Below are positions 11,532-64,000 of a stretch of DNA of 64,000 nt, one piece after another. The notes beneath the pieces were generated by a model that ran no database searches, was not told the DNA's origin, and worked only from the letters and a program-made list of their open reading frames with translations. Source of the stretch: Octopus sinensis (Eukaryota); assembly GCF_006345805.1 (NCBI RefSeq), contig NC_043012.1, positions 40,796,001 through 40,860,000 of the forward strand, written 5' to 3'. The first letter of the stretch is position 1. The number at the start of each line of letters is the position of its first letter. Both the position numbers and the translations under genes were made by a program.

Positions 11532-13237
11532 ATTACGTTATATAATTAGGGTTCAGTAAAATAATTTACTTTACCACACACCGAACTATTAGAAATAGCA
11601 GCTAAAAAGTTTTAGCTATTTCCTCTACTATAATAAAAGTCTCCCAGACAATGTTTGCTCAAAATTAATTCACGTAGGTATAGAGGGAAAAATAACGAAA
11701 GATCACACGTACATAAGATTACTTGAGAACACCATTTCTGGATTAGTTGGATAAAGAGATCAACATTTCCGTCATCAGCCCAAGATTTCTAATCCAGAAA
11801 TGGTGTTCTCAAGTAATCTTATATAATAATATAATGAAATTATTGTATACAGTGCTCAGGTGCACCACAACTTGTCAGAAAGTGCATATAAAGTACATGC
11901 AGTAGTGTAGAAATGTCTGGGTGTATGGAGGGAAGAAAATCAAGTGTAGTGTTGGCGAATCTCAGGAAGCATGGAAGTCTTGAAGGAAGCAGTGCTCCGA
12001 CAACTAACAACCGATGTCGGCAGTTTGTTCCACGCTTCAGCAACTCTCAGCGTGAAAAAATGTTTCCTGAAGTCATGGGAGCTGTGCTGTTTCCTTACTT
12101 TGTAAATATGTCCACGGGTGTTAGATGGGTGGAGTTTGAAGAGGTGCTCAGAGTTATTGTTTGTGCGATGGTTGATAATTTTATGGGTGTCTGCCAAGTC
12201 AGCTGCCAGACGTCGGAGTTTCAATGTGTCCATGTCCAGGGAAGTAAGGCGTTCAGGATATGGCAAATGCCTGATGGAGGGTATTCTTTTGGTTGCACGT
12301 CGCTGAACAGCTTCCAGACGATTGATGTCCTGGGCAAGATAGGGGCTCCAGACCGGCGATGCAAACTCCAGGTGAGGTCTTACCATAGCTATATAAAGCC
12401 GCAGATAGATAGCCGGAGAGCGGCTCACAAAGGATTTGGTGAGTGATGCCAAGACGCCCTCAGCCTTCTTGACAATTTTAGCGATGTGTTTTGTCCAACG
12501 CAAATCGCTGTCGACAATAACACCCAGGTCACGTTCACTTGAAGACTTTTTGAGACTAGTGTTGTGGAGGGAGTAGGTGGACGCTGGGTTTCTCCTCCCA
12601 AAATGCATGGTGGTACATTTGTCCACAGCCAGCTTGAGTTGCCAGTCCATGATCCACTGCTGCATTGTGTCCAGGTCTGCTTGCAATAGAGATCCATAGT
12701 GTACAGGATTTGACCTCTTTATTTCGAGGTACAGCTTGATGTCATCTGCATATTTCAGCACTGTGGCATTCTTTAAGTTGGCATCTATGTCATTAACATA
12801 TGCAACAAATAAAAGGGGGCCAAGAACAGATCCCTGCGGCACACCAGATGTCATCTCATAGGGCGAAGAGTGCTGTCCTAGAACTGTGACAACCTCTTTT
12901 CGGCCGAAAATAAAGGACTTTAACCAGTTATAGAGTTCGTCTCTTACACCCAACGCAGAAAGCTTCACCATAAGTCTTTTGTGTGGCACAGAGTTAAAAG
13001 CCTTAGCAAAGTCCAGGTAAACAACATCCACCCAGGATCCGCGATCAGTGATTTGGGTACGTGTGATCTTTCGTTATTTTTCCCTCTATACCTACGTGAA
13101 TTAATTTTGAGCAAACATTGTCTGGGAGACTTTTATTATAGTAGAGGAAATAGCTAAAAGTTTTTGGCTGCTATTTCTAATAGTTCGGTGTGTGGTAAAG
13201 TAAATTATTTTACTGAACCCTAATTATATAACGTAAT
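11532..13237. repeat. 181-bp inverted repeat pair (11532-11712 / 13057-13237) bracketing a hairpin and the CR1 copy
   Basis: Manual reverse-complement comparison gives 179/181 identical positions. Confidence 0.9.
11823..13057 (-). mobile_element. Young 5'-truncated CR1-type LINE: open RT C-terminal ORF (11940-13031) plus 3'UTR
   Basis: 363 uninterrupted codons with LDFAKAF, SGVPQGSVLGPLLF, YADD, ERDLGV, VRPHLEFASPVWSP, LEAVQRRATK; 3' tail ends in an (ATT)-like repeat. Confidence 0.95.
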
Positions 13238-13271
13238 ATATATATATATAATATATATATATATATAATAT

Positions 13272-13303
<32 letters not shown>

Positions 13304-13389
13304 CATATATTCGAAGGCTAAAACAATGCAAACGCATTGTGACCAGCGATGTGTTGCAACATCTGATGGTCTGGTCAGTCTCATGTGAT

Positions 13390-13438
<49 letters not shown>

Positions 13439-13540
13439 AAAATTGAGGGAGATAAATTAATATTAATTTTAATATCAATTTAAAACCAGTAGTCCAGCAT
13501 TCAAAAAATCTGAGGAGTCAGAGAAAATTCAAATATATTT

Positions 13541-13918
13541 GTATATTGGCAGGGCTGGCCTGCTAGGTAGCCGGCCAGAATGCTAGAAAAAGATCATCAA
13601 CGATCAAACTACAAGGGAAATTCTCTAGAGGAAGAATTCAGCGAACACCAGAACCAACTTTGGCGGGCAGGACATATGAAAAATTAAATAAAAAACAGAC
13701 TTAAATGTATACCTCGGTTTCGGTCTTAACAAAAGAATTACTTGCATAATTCAAGTGTCCGTGACTTCATCAGTACATTCGGTCCTCAAGATGCAAACCG
13801 CAAGACTAACCCCAAGTTAGACTAGGGTTAGTCTTGCGGTTTGCATCTCGATCGTTTGATTGTTGATGATCTTCTTCTAGCATTCTGGCCAGCTACCTAG
13901 CAGGCCAGCCCTGCCAAT

Positions 13919-13922
<4 letters not shown>
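13541..13922. mobile_element. Fold-back element: 69-bp inverted arms, internal hammerhead, 24-bp perfect inner hairpin
   Basis: Arms 13541-13609 / 13854-13922 (3 mismatches); hairpin 13789-13812 / 13825-13848. Confidence 0.85.
13704..13779 (-). ncRNA. Type I hammerhead ribozyme (A10.1-C11.1 mismatch), GUA triplet
   Basis: AAUGUA-CUGAUGA-AGUC...GACC-GAAA-CCGAGG-UA^UACAUU; helix I 6 bp; distal helix II GAAUUA/UAAUUC. Confidence 0.75.
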
Positions 13923-13974
<52 letters not shown>

Positions 13975-13981
13975 GTATATA

Positions 13982-14864
13982 CAGGGTGTGAGGAGTAAAT
14001 TGTTGCCATTTTATATTTTTAATTTCATGCATGTGCATTGTTTGTTTTTGATTTTGTCGGCTACACAGTATAGTAGGGTCAGTTGGGCACTGTCTGTGAG
14101 AGAAAAACAGCACCATTACACAATTCACTCAGCTAGAAATTTGGAAACAACATGCCATACTGCTTGGCATTTGTGCCGGAAGCTTCAATATGAACAGATG
14201 GTGAACACAGAACAATCATTGGCTTGCTGTGCCCCAAAAATATGTACTGAGAGTGATAAAAATCAAACATCCAGTCAACATCATGGTGTTTGGAATGACT
14301 GCTAGTGATGGTGATGTTATGCCTCTATTCACCTTCCCACATGGACTCAGGTTCAACACAAAGTCCTACATCAAGTGCTTGGAGGAGGTAGTGTTGCACT
14401 GGGTCAAGAGGTTGACTGCTGGAAGACCCTATGTCTGGCAACAGGACTCTGCACCATGCCACACAAGCAGGAGAACCCAGTCATGGCTGTCAGACAATTT
14501 CTGCAACCACATCACCCCTAACATCTGGCCTCCTAACTCCCCAGACTGCAACCCTCTTAATTATTATGTGTGGGGTGCAGTTGAGCGAGAGACCAACAAA
14601 ACTCTTTGTAACACCCTAGATAAACTGAAGGCAAGGATTATGGCAGCATTCACCAACTTAAACAAAGAGAGCGTCCAGACAATTTGAAGAAGATTCTGAA
14701 GTCGTCTGGAGGTTGAAGTCAGTGGTGATTTTATTGAATAAATTTACTCTTTAGTATTTCAAGATATTTTTATGTAATTTTGGTAAATATATCTGTTAAA
14801 ATGAGATATCAAAAGTTATTTCATTTTAGCGTGATTTAGATGACATTATATTCACTGTGCCCTG
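13982..14864 (+). mobile_element. Internally deleted mariner-like element, DD37D (maT) type
   Basis: TA-CAGGG...CCCTG-TA ends; peptide MVFG..QQDSAPCH..WPPNSPDCNPLNYYVWG with 37 residues between the 2nd D and the 3rd catalytic position (here N). Confidence 0.85.
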
Positions 14865-14888
14865 TATATATATATATATATATATATA

Positions 14889-15550
14889 TATTTCTAAATT
14901 CGGTATGTGGTAAGGCAACTCGTTGCTAAACCCTTATTGCTTAGTATTACTTAAATTTTCCTCGAATGAGGCTTTTACATGCCGAAGACTACTTGGTGTA
15001 ATTGATAATTTTTCCAAATTAATTAATTTCACCCTTCATTATTACGGATAACCATATTTTATCTCAGTAGATGACCACAGCATCTTGTTTTGGCTACACG
15101 CGGGTGGGAAGGGGCTGTTGACACAATCGTTTCATTCACAAATTGAATTCGGTGATACCAGTTGCGGGTTCTAGCTCGCTCTGATACTGAGTGGAGTTGG
15201 TGCCTTCTGGTATCTCAAAATTCAATATATAATCATTTATGATTATAGTATTCTACGCTGAAGAGAAAAGAAGTTTCGGTAAGATAGAATTATTTATTAT
15301 TTAATATTTAATATTTAATTCGTATGCTTTCCTTAAAACTTGATTTCGAAACGTACGTCCGTGGATAACTAAAAAAATGTATGATAGATTGCAGTCAATT
15401 CATTCTCTCTTACCTGTTTGTGCCTTCCAAATGCTGTTTTTACTGAGATCTCCCTTTTTAGTAGAAGAAATAGCTATAACCCTTTGACTGCTATTTCTAA
15501 ATTCGGTATGTGGTAAGGCAACTCGTTGCTAAACCCTTATTGCTTAGTAT
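14889..15550 (+). mobile_element. Retrozyme/pLTR-like unit: 59-bp direct repeats 603 bp apart enclosing a hammerhead
   Basis: TATTTCTAAATTCGGTATGTGGTAAGGCAACTCGTTGCTAAACCCTTATTGCTTAGTAT is identical at 14889-14947 and 15492-15550. Confidence 0.75.
15252..15365 (+). ncRNA. Type I hammerhead ribozyme, canonical core, GUC triplet, long helix II
   Basis: UCUACG-CUGAAGA-GAAA(AG)AAGUUU...AAACUU(GA)UUUC-GAAA-CGUACG-UC^CGUGGA; palindromic helix III ACGUACGU. Confidence 0.85.
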
Positions 15551-15572
15551 ATATATATATATATATATATAT

Positions 15573-15826
15573 AATTGCAGCATGGAAGGTGTTTATAAGC
15601 CATTTAAGAAACACACAAAAACCGTTCGATTCACTTCAACATTTAAGTTTAATTTGTCAAAATATTTTCGGCGCTAAAATCTGCGACCTGTTCACTGACA
15701 AAAATCCGTGCTTGCGGATTTTAGCGACGAAAATATTTTGACAAATTAAACTTGAATGTTAAATGTGAATCAAACAGCTTTTGTGTGTTTCTTAAATGGC
15801 TTACAAACACCGTCCACGTTGCAATT
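15573..15826. mobile_element. Fold-back (palindromic) element with ~125-bp imperfect arms
   Basis: AATTGCAGCATGGAAGGTGTTTATAAGCCATTTAAGAAACACACAAAA... vs ...TTTTGTGTGTTTCTTAAATGGCTTACAAACACCGTCCACGTTGCAATT. Confidence 0.85.
15653..15702 (-). ncRNA. Putative hammerhead ribozyme with compensatory G3-C8 core
   Basis: UUUGUCA-GUGAACA-GGUCGC-AGAUUUUA-GCGCC-GAAA-AUAU-UU^UGACAAA; helix I 7 bp; palindromic AAUAUU. Confidence 0.65.
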
Positions 15827-16358
15827 GTTTTCGTTTCAGCACACGATCTCAGATCAAATCACTTGCTATGCGAGTACATCTCCGTATATATATATATATA
15901 TATATATATATGACAGGCTTTGAGACAGATTCTGTCCACCAGGTTTACAAACTATAATTAATTCACTTCTGCAATCCATATATATATGTGAGTCCTGTGA
16001 GAAATGGTGTAACTGGCTATTCTCCATGACTACACCTTTGCAATCTTGTTCACAAGCTGAGGCTGAACAAGCAATTTGCTCTGTGAGGTACAACCTGTTA
16101 CACCCCAGCCCATCTGCTGCACAATTCTCCCACCATTTCCTTTGTTCTCTGTTTCCACTGAGGTGGTTCTGGGTATTTTTCTCTCAGAAATTTAATCTTT
16201 TATACATCTAATGGTTCTTTTTTCTTTCTTTCCTGCTCTTCAAAATACAATACTAAATGAAGATTTCTAACCGAAAGAAAAAAATACAAAACAATATTAT
16301 ACACCTTCATGTATAATAACGGATCTGTATGTAGGTTGTTAACATTTGCACTTAAACA

Positions 16359-16403
<45 letters not shown>

Positions 16404-16689
16404 CTCAAAATAAGCAACAATGATATCCAGAGGTAATGTAGTACAATCGTTTCATGCAACTCCATTTAATTGAACAATGCAATCATTTCATTACATCAAT
16501 TTAAAATGTAGAGTAATCTTCAGCTGCACAAAGACATAGAATTTAATTAAATTAGAACAGAAGCACACATTAGTATAATTTTACCTAAGATCTCCAAGAA
16601 GTTAAGGGGATAGACAAAGAACATGTTGTACCAACAACATCATAGTTGTAACTGAAATTTCTTTTCAAGAAGACACTGCCTGTCACTGA

Positions 16690-17830
16690 TTTTTCTGTTA
16701 TTTTTTTTTTATGGGGTCAGTTTTAATTTCTAGACTAGTTTATCAAATCCTTTGTATATTTAAGGCTGAGAGAAAACAGAGGGTAGTATCTGTTTGGGGT
16801 AGAGTTGATGGAGTAGACAGACATTCTAGATGGTGGAGTCATAAAATCCAGATTTATTAGAAGCAATGTCACGAGGTTTAGTAAGGGAAAACTTAAAACA
16901 AGTTGTTAGCTGATAATTAAGGGATCGCCCATTAGCAGACCATTGATAATGGGACAGGGGAAGTGTTATCATGTAGTACTACAGTTAACTACTATAAAAC
17001 AAGGTTATTAAGAAGAATATTTATAAATACTTTTTAGTATATATCAAACTTTTAACACAAGAGAGGGAGAAAAAGAAAATATAGAAATAGTTTAATATTT
17101 ATACACTTAAATACTAACTTATCAGATGATATCTGTGAATATTGATTAAATGATATTTATTGATATTAATAAAGGAATATTGAGGTGAAAGAACAGGCTA
17201 ATTATATATTAAAAAATTTTAATCTAAGCAGATTTTTTTAATAAGTAGTGAATATATCAGCATAGCTTTATATAAGCTGAGTATGAAATTTAAAGAGATA
17301 CGAGACTTAGAATAATTTTATCAAGGGCAGAACACCATAGAAAAGGGATAAAATGGCTTAATTACTAATACTATGGTAAAGTATATTTAGCTTGTTAACA
17401 CCAATAGAGAAAATTTTTAGGAAAAAATATTATAATTCAAAATATATTGGACTAAAAATTATATTTACTTGTTAAGATAATATCTATAAAAAACTGATGT
17501 TTGGTATTGGCTAAAGGAATAATTAAGTTATGGAACAATCCTATTTTACACTAATCTTTTTTTAAAATTAATGGTTATATTATAGGTTTAAGAATTTATT
17601 ATTATTACACCCTACATGGGATTTATATTTTCTTATTGGTACTTATTTAGAAAGGTTATTTATATAAAAGGTCCTTATAAATACTAGGATCAGGAGGGTA
17701 GAGCCATTTGAGAAAGAGAAAAATCAAATAACTTTTTGTTTTTAAAGATCATTTCAAACAAGATTATCATACTGTATAAGGTTAAAATTTTTTTAGGGTA
17801 ATCAAGAAGATTATTAAGAATGAGAATTTT
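16690..17830 (+). mobile_element. Possible highly decayed Penelope-like RT fragment
   Basis: Broken-frame remnants in expected order: KQVV..GSPI (cf. KQxxGxxMGSP), GLITNTMV (cf. KxGLIxTL), PYMG (cf. LPYxG); many stops. Confidence 0.35.
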
Positions 17831-18640
17831 AACAAAAATATATATGTATATATATGTGTGTGTGTGTGTATCATTGGCGATTTTCTTGCCCTGTCTTCCC
17901 TTCTTTTGGACATTCCTCTATTTCTGAAGAAGAGCTTTGCTCAAAACATAAAAACCCTCTTTCTTTCCTCTCCTGAGTGTCTGATAATACAGTACTTGTA
18001 GCACATCCTCGCATTGATGGTTTTTCTTGTTCTTCTTTGTTTGGATTCACTATATATGTATATATATATATATATATATATGACAAAACAAATAGCGAGA
18101 GATTATCAATCTGGGCACAATACTTCATAAACTCTCTGTTGGCACACCGGTGGATTTGGTTAACCCGAGGCTATAGTACAAGTCACTTGCCCAAGGTGCT
18201 GTGCAGTGGGATTGAACCCAGAACCATGGGGTTGGTAATCAAGTTACTACACAGCCTCTCCTGAGAGGAGGTGGAGTGTATGTATGCTATGCTATAAACA
18301 GATGCACACAACGACTTGCATATATACATGTATGTAGTTACCTGTCTGTCTCTCTCTGCATTGGTTCTGCATTTTACCAACTGACCACAGAAGAAGAACA
18401 TTTAAAGCTGAACTTAGCCAGATTTAAATGTAGATTGCCATGGCAAGTAAGCCACTCTCCATGGACGCTCTAACGACGGCTGTGACAATGATGACATATC
18501 ATGATATATCTTGATGAATTTTAATATTTCCTATCTTAAATTACCTGCAGATGAATGTTGAAAGTATATTGTTTCTTCTTCTCTCTTTCTGTCTCCCTCT
18601 CAGCTCATACAATCAGATTTAAAAAGAAACACACGCGAAA

Positions 18641-61175
<42,535 letters not shown>

Positions 61176-61369
61176 GTGAGTAACTTTTTTGCTTTCCAGA
61201 ATCAGGTGAATTTTTATTTTTGTTTGAATTATTCTTTGTAAGCCTAGTACTTATTCTGTTGGTCTCTTTTTCCAAACTGTTAAGTTATGGGGACATTAAC
61301 ACACCAACATCATTGTCAAGCGATGGTGGTGGGGACAAGCACACATACAAATACATACATGCATACAAT

Positions 61370-61400
<31 letters not shown>

Positions 61401-62903
61401 AGATATATATATATATATATATATATATGTAGGAGTGGCTGTATGATAAGAAGCTTGCTTACCAACCACATGGTTCCGGGTTCAGTCCCACTGCGTGGCA
61501 CCTTGGGCAAGTGTCTTCTACTATAGCCTTGGGCGAACCGAAGCCTTGTGAGTGGATTTTGTAGATGGAAACTGAAAGAAGCCCGTCGTATATATATATA
61601 TATATATGTATGTATGCATGGCTTGACAACCAATGTTGATGTGTTTACGTCCTTGTAACTTGGCAAAAGAGACCAATAGAATAAATACTAGGCTTACAAA
61701 GTCCTGGGGTCGATTTGTTTGACTACAGGCGGTGCTTCAGCATGGCCACAGTCAAATGACTGAAACAAATAAAAGAATTTACCCCAGGACTCATACTTTG
61801 TAAGCCTAGTACTTATTCTATCGGCCTCTTTTGCCGAATTGCTAAGTTACGGGGACATAAACACACCGTCATCGGTTGTCAAGCGGTGATGGGGGGACAA
61901 ACACACACACACACACGATGAGCTTCTTTCTGTTTCCGCCTACCAAATCCACTCACAAGGCTTTGGTCAGCCCGAGGCAATAGTAGAAGACACTTGTCCA
62001 AGGTGCCACACAGTGGGACTGAACCCAGAACCATGTGGTTGGTAAGCTAGCTACATACCACACAGCCACTCTTGTGTTTGTATATCTATGTGTATATATA
62101 TATAATTCACATACATATACACATGAATACACATGTATTATGGATATATGTGTGTGTGTATGTGTGTGTGTATATATATATATATATTATGTATAATTGT
62201 ATAGATAGACGTATATGTGTATGTATTTGTATATGAAATGTTCCATAGGAAATGTATTGCGACTGAAAGGAAATCCAATGATTGATTAATCTGCTTGAAC
62301 AACTTAACCGGGAGTTTACTGTGCATTTAGCATTGAGGTTGGATTTCCTGTTTAATATCATTGAAAGACATTTTCCCTTTCCGTTGTCATTATTGTGACT
62401 TCCCTTGTAGTATTGGCCTCTTGTGCTGCTGTCATCGTAATTAAATCATTGATTTCGGAAGCTCTAGAAATGTGGAGATTGCTCATTTGCCAATATATCT
62501 ACTTGCGTTTGTGTCTGTGTATGTAGATGAGATGGTGTTTTTATAAGGATGCAGAAGTCTGTTTGTATGTGAGCCCATTTCTATTGGATATGTGCATGGC
62601 TGTTTACACACACACTTATATATATATGTGTATATATATATATGTGTGTATGTTTGTGTGTGTGTATATATATGTGTGTATATATATATATGTATGTATT
62701 TATATACATATATACATATAAATGTTTATAGATAGGTTTATATGTGTGTATATATACATGTATATATGTATGTATTATGTATGTATGTATGTATGTATGT
62801 ATGTATGTATGCATGCATGTAAGTGTAGATTTGTGTGTGTCTATCTAATATATTCATTGTGTACATCTAATTAATTTTTGTTGTTTTTCCTGTATTTTAT
62901 TTG

Positions 62904-62945
<42 letters not shown>

Positions 62946-64000
62946 TACACACGGTCACATATATGTGTGTGTGCATGTGTGCATTGGCTTCAGTTGCTGA
63001 CGAAGTGAAACAACTGAGAAACACATACATGTTACGATCCAGTGTCACCACTTACTGCTCAAAATAAAATATGTTTTTACACAAGTTTTGGTGGAGAATT
63101 TTCTCACCGGGCTATTTCCACAGTGACAGGTCTTATCAAATCCAAATATACTTGAATAAAAAAACATGTATTTGTTGTCTGTTTGAAATAATCATCAGAG
63201 ATGCTTTGTCCCATGCAGAAACTGTTGGTTGCTACTGAAAGATATCACAGGCTTTTGCAAGCTCCTTTGGTGGTCACTTACGTCCTTGTGATGGTGGGAA
63301 CTTTCTGTGTATTCTGCCTGAGGTGGACATTGAGGACAGATGTGTTCCATCTGTGGTGTTTTCGTTTTCCTTCTTTTAATGAAAGCCACCTTGAATGGGT
63401 TTCAGCTGCCATTTTGCTGTCTTCTTGGTGGCTTTCTTCAGTTGTTTGTGTTGCAGACAAATCATCAGGACTGCCATCATCATCATCATCATCATCACCA
63501 TCACACAGTCATCATCATTGTCACCACCACCACCACCACCACCACCTCCACCACCACACCACCACCACACCACCACCACAACCACCACCACCTCCACCAC
63601 CACACTACCACTGCCGCTGCCACCTCCACCACCATCATCATCACTATCATCATCCTAATTCTTCATTAATTATGATGATGATGATTACCACTAATTTTCA
63701 TCTCTATTGACATCATCATCATCATCATCACTTTGATTATCTCTTTTATTGATGACATTGTTTTCTTCTTCTTCTTCTTCTTTTCCTTCTTCTTCTTCTT
63801 TTCCTTCTTTTCCTTCTTCTTCTTCTTTTCCTTCTTTTCCTTCTTCTTCTTCTTCTTCTTCTTCTTTTCCTTCTTCTTCTTCTTCTTCTTCTTCTCCTTC
63901 TTCTTTTAACCTTCTTCTTCTTCTTCTTCTTCTTTTCCTTCTTTTCCTTCTTCTTCTTCTTCTTCTTTTCCTTCTTTCTTCTTTTCTTCTTCTTCTTCTT

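Noticed and set aside
11913-12697. Plus-strand 177-aa ORF and other short ORFs overlapping the RT
   Set aside because: Antisense or alternate-frame shadows of the CR1 RT coding sequence.
16478-16530. Hammerhead-like motif on minus: UGCAG-CUGAAGA-UUAC...GUAAU-GAAAUGA-UUGCA
   Set aside because: Helix I and II pairings exist, but no U16.1-H17 can be placed without breaking helix I; a near miss, possibly a decayed PLE end.
62990-63015. CAGUUG-CUGACGA-AGU-GAAA-CAACUG hairpin containing both core motifs
   Set aside because: No helix II, helix III or cleavage triplet; it cannot form a hammerhead and may be chance.
61176-64000. Next coding exon (phase 0) or glycosyltransferase domain
   Set aside because: No exon with suitable splice sites and domain-like sequence was found; ORFs at 63195-63710 are low complexity. 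The gene likely continues beyond the window.

Overview
AT-rich, repeat-dense eukaryotic DNA. The tRNA-derived SINE families, (TA)/(CA)/(GATA) microsatellites and transposon mix point to an octopus (inference). One spliced host gene runs on the + strand: 14 coding exons from 18641 to 61175 join in phase into 391 uninterrupted codons encoding a type II membrane protein with two tandem ILEI/PANDER (FAM3-like) domains. It is probably an invertebrate POMGNT1-like glycosyltransferase whose catalytic part lies beyond the window. The rest is CR1- and RTE-type LINE fragments, Tc1/mariner remnants, MITEs, a non-autonomous Helitron, SINEs and a ~146-bp intronic satellite. The most striking signal, invisible in the ORF track, is a diverse set of type I hammerhead ribozyme (HHR) motifs, about 8 intact or near-intact and 8 decayed, from at least 7 different sequence families. 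They sit in Penelope-like/retrozyme-like fold-back and direct-repeat elements. They include a tRNA-headed SINE carrying an HHR that occurs as an inverted pair at all three loci, a 603-bp direct-repeat unit with a canonical GUC hammerhead, and a natural core variant with a compensatory G3-C8 swap. All folds were derived by eye, and no catalytic activity has been shown.
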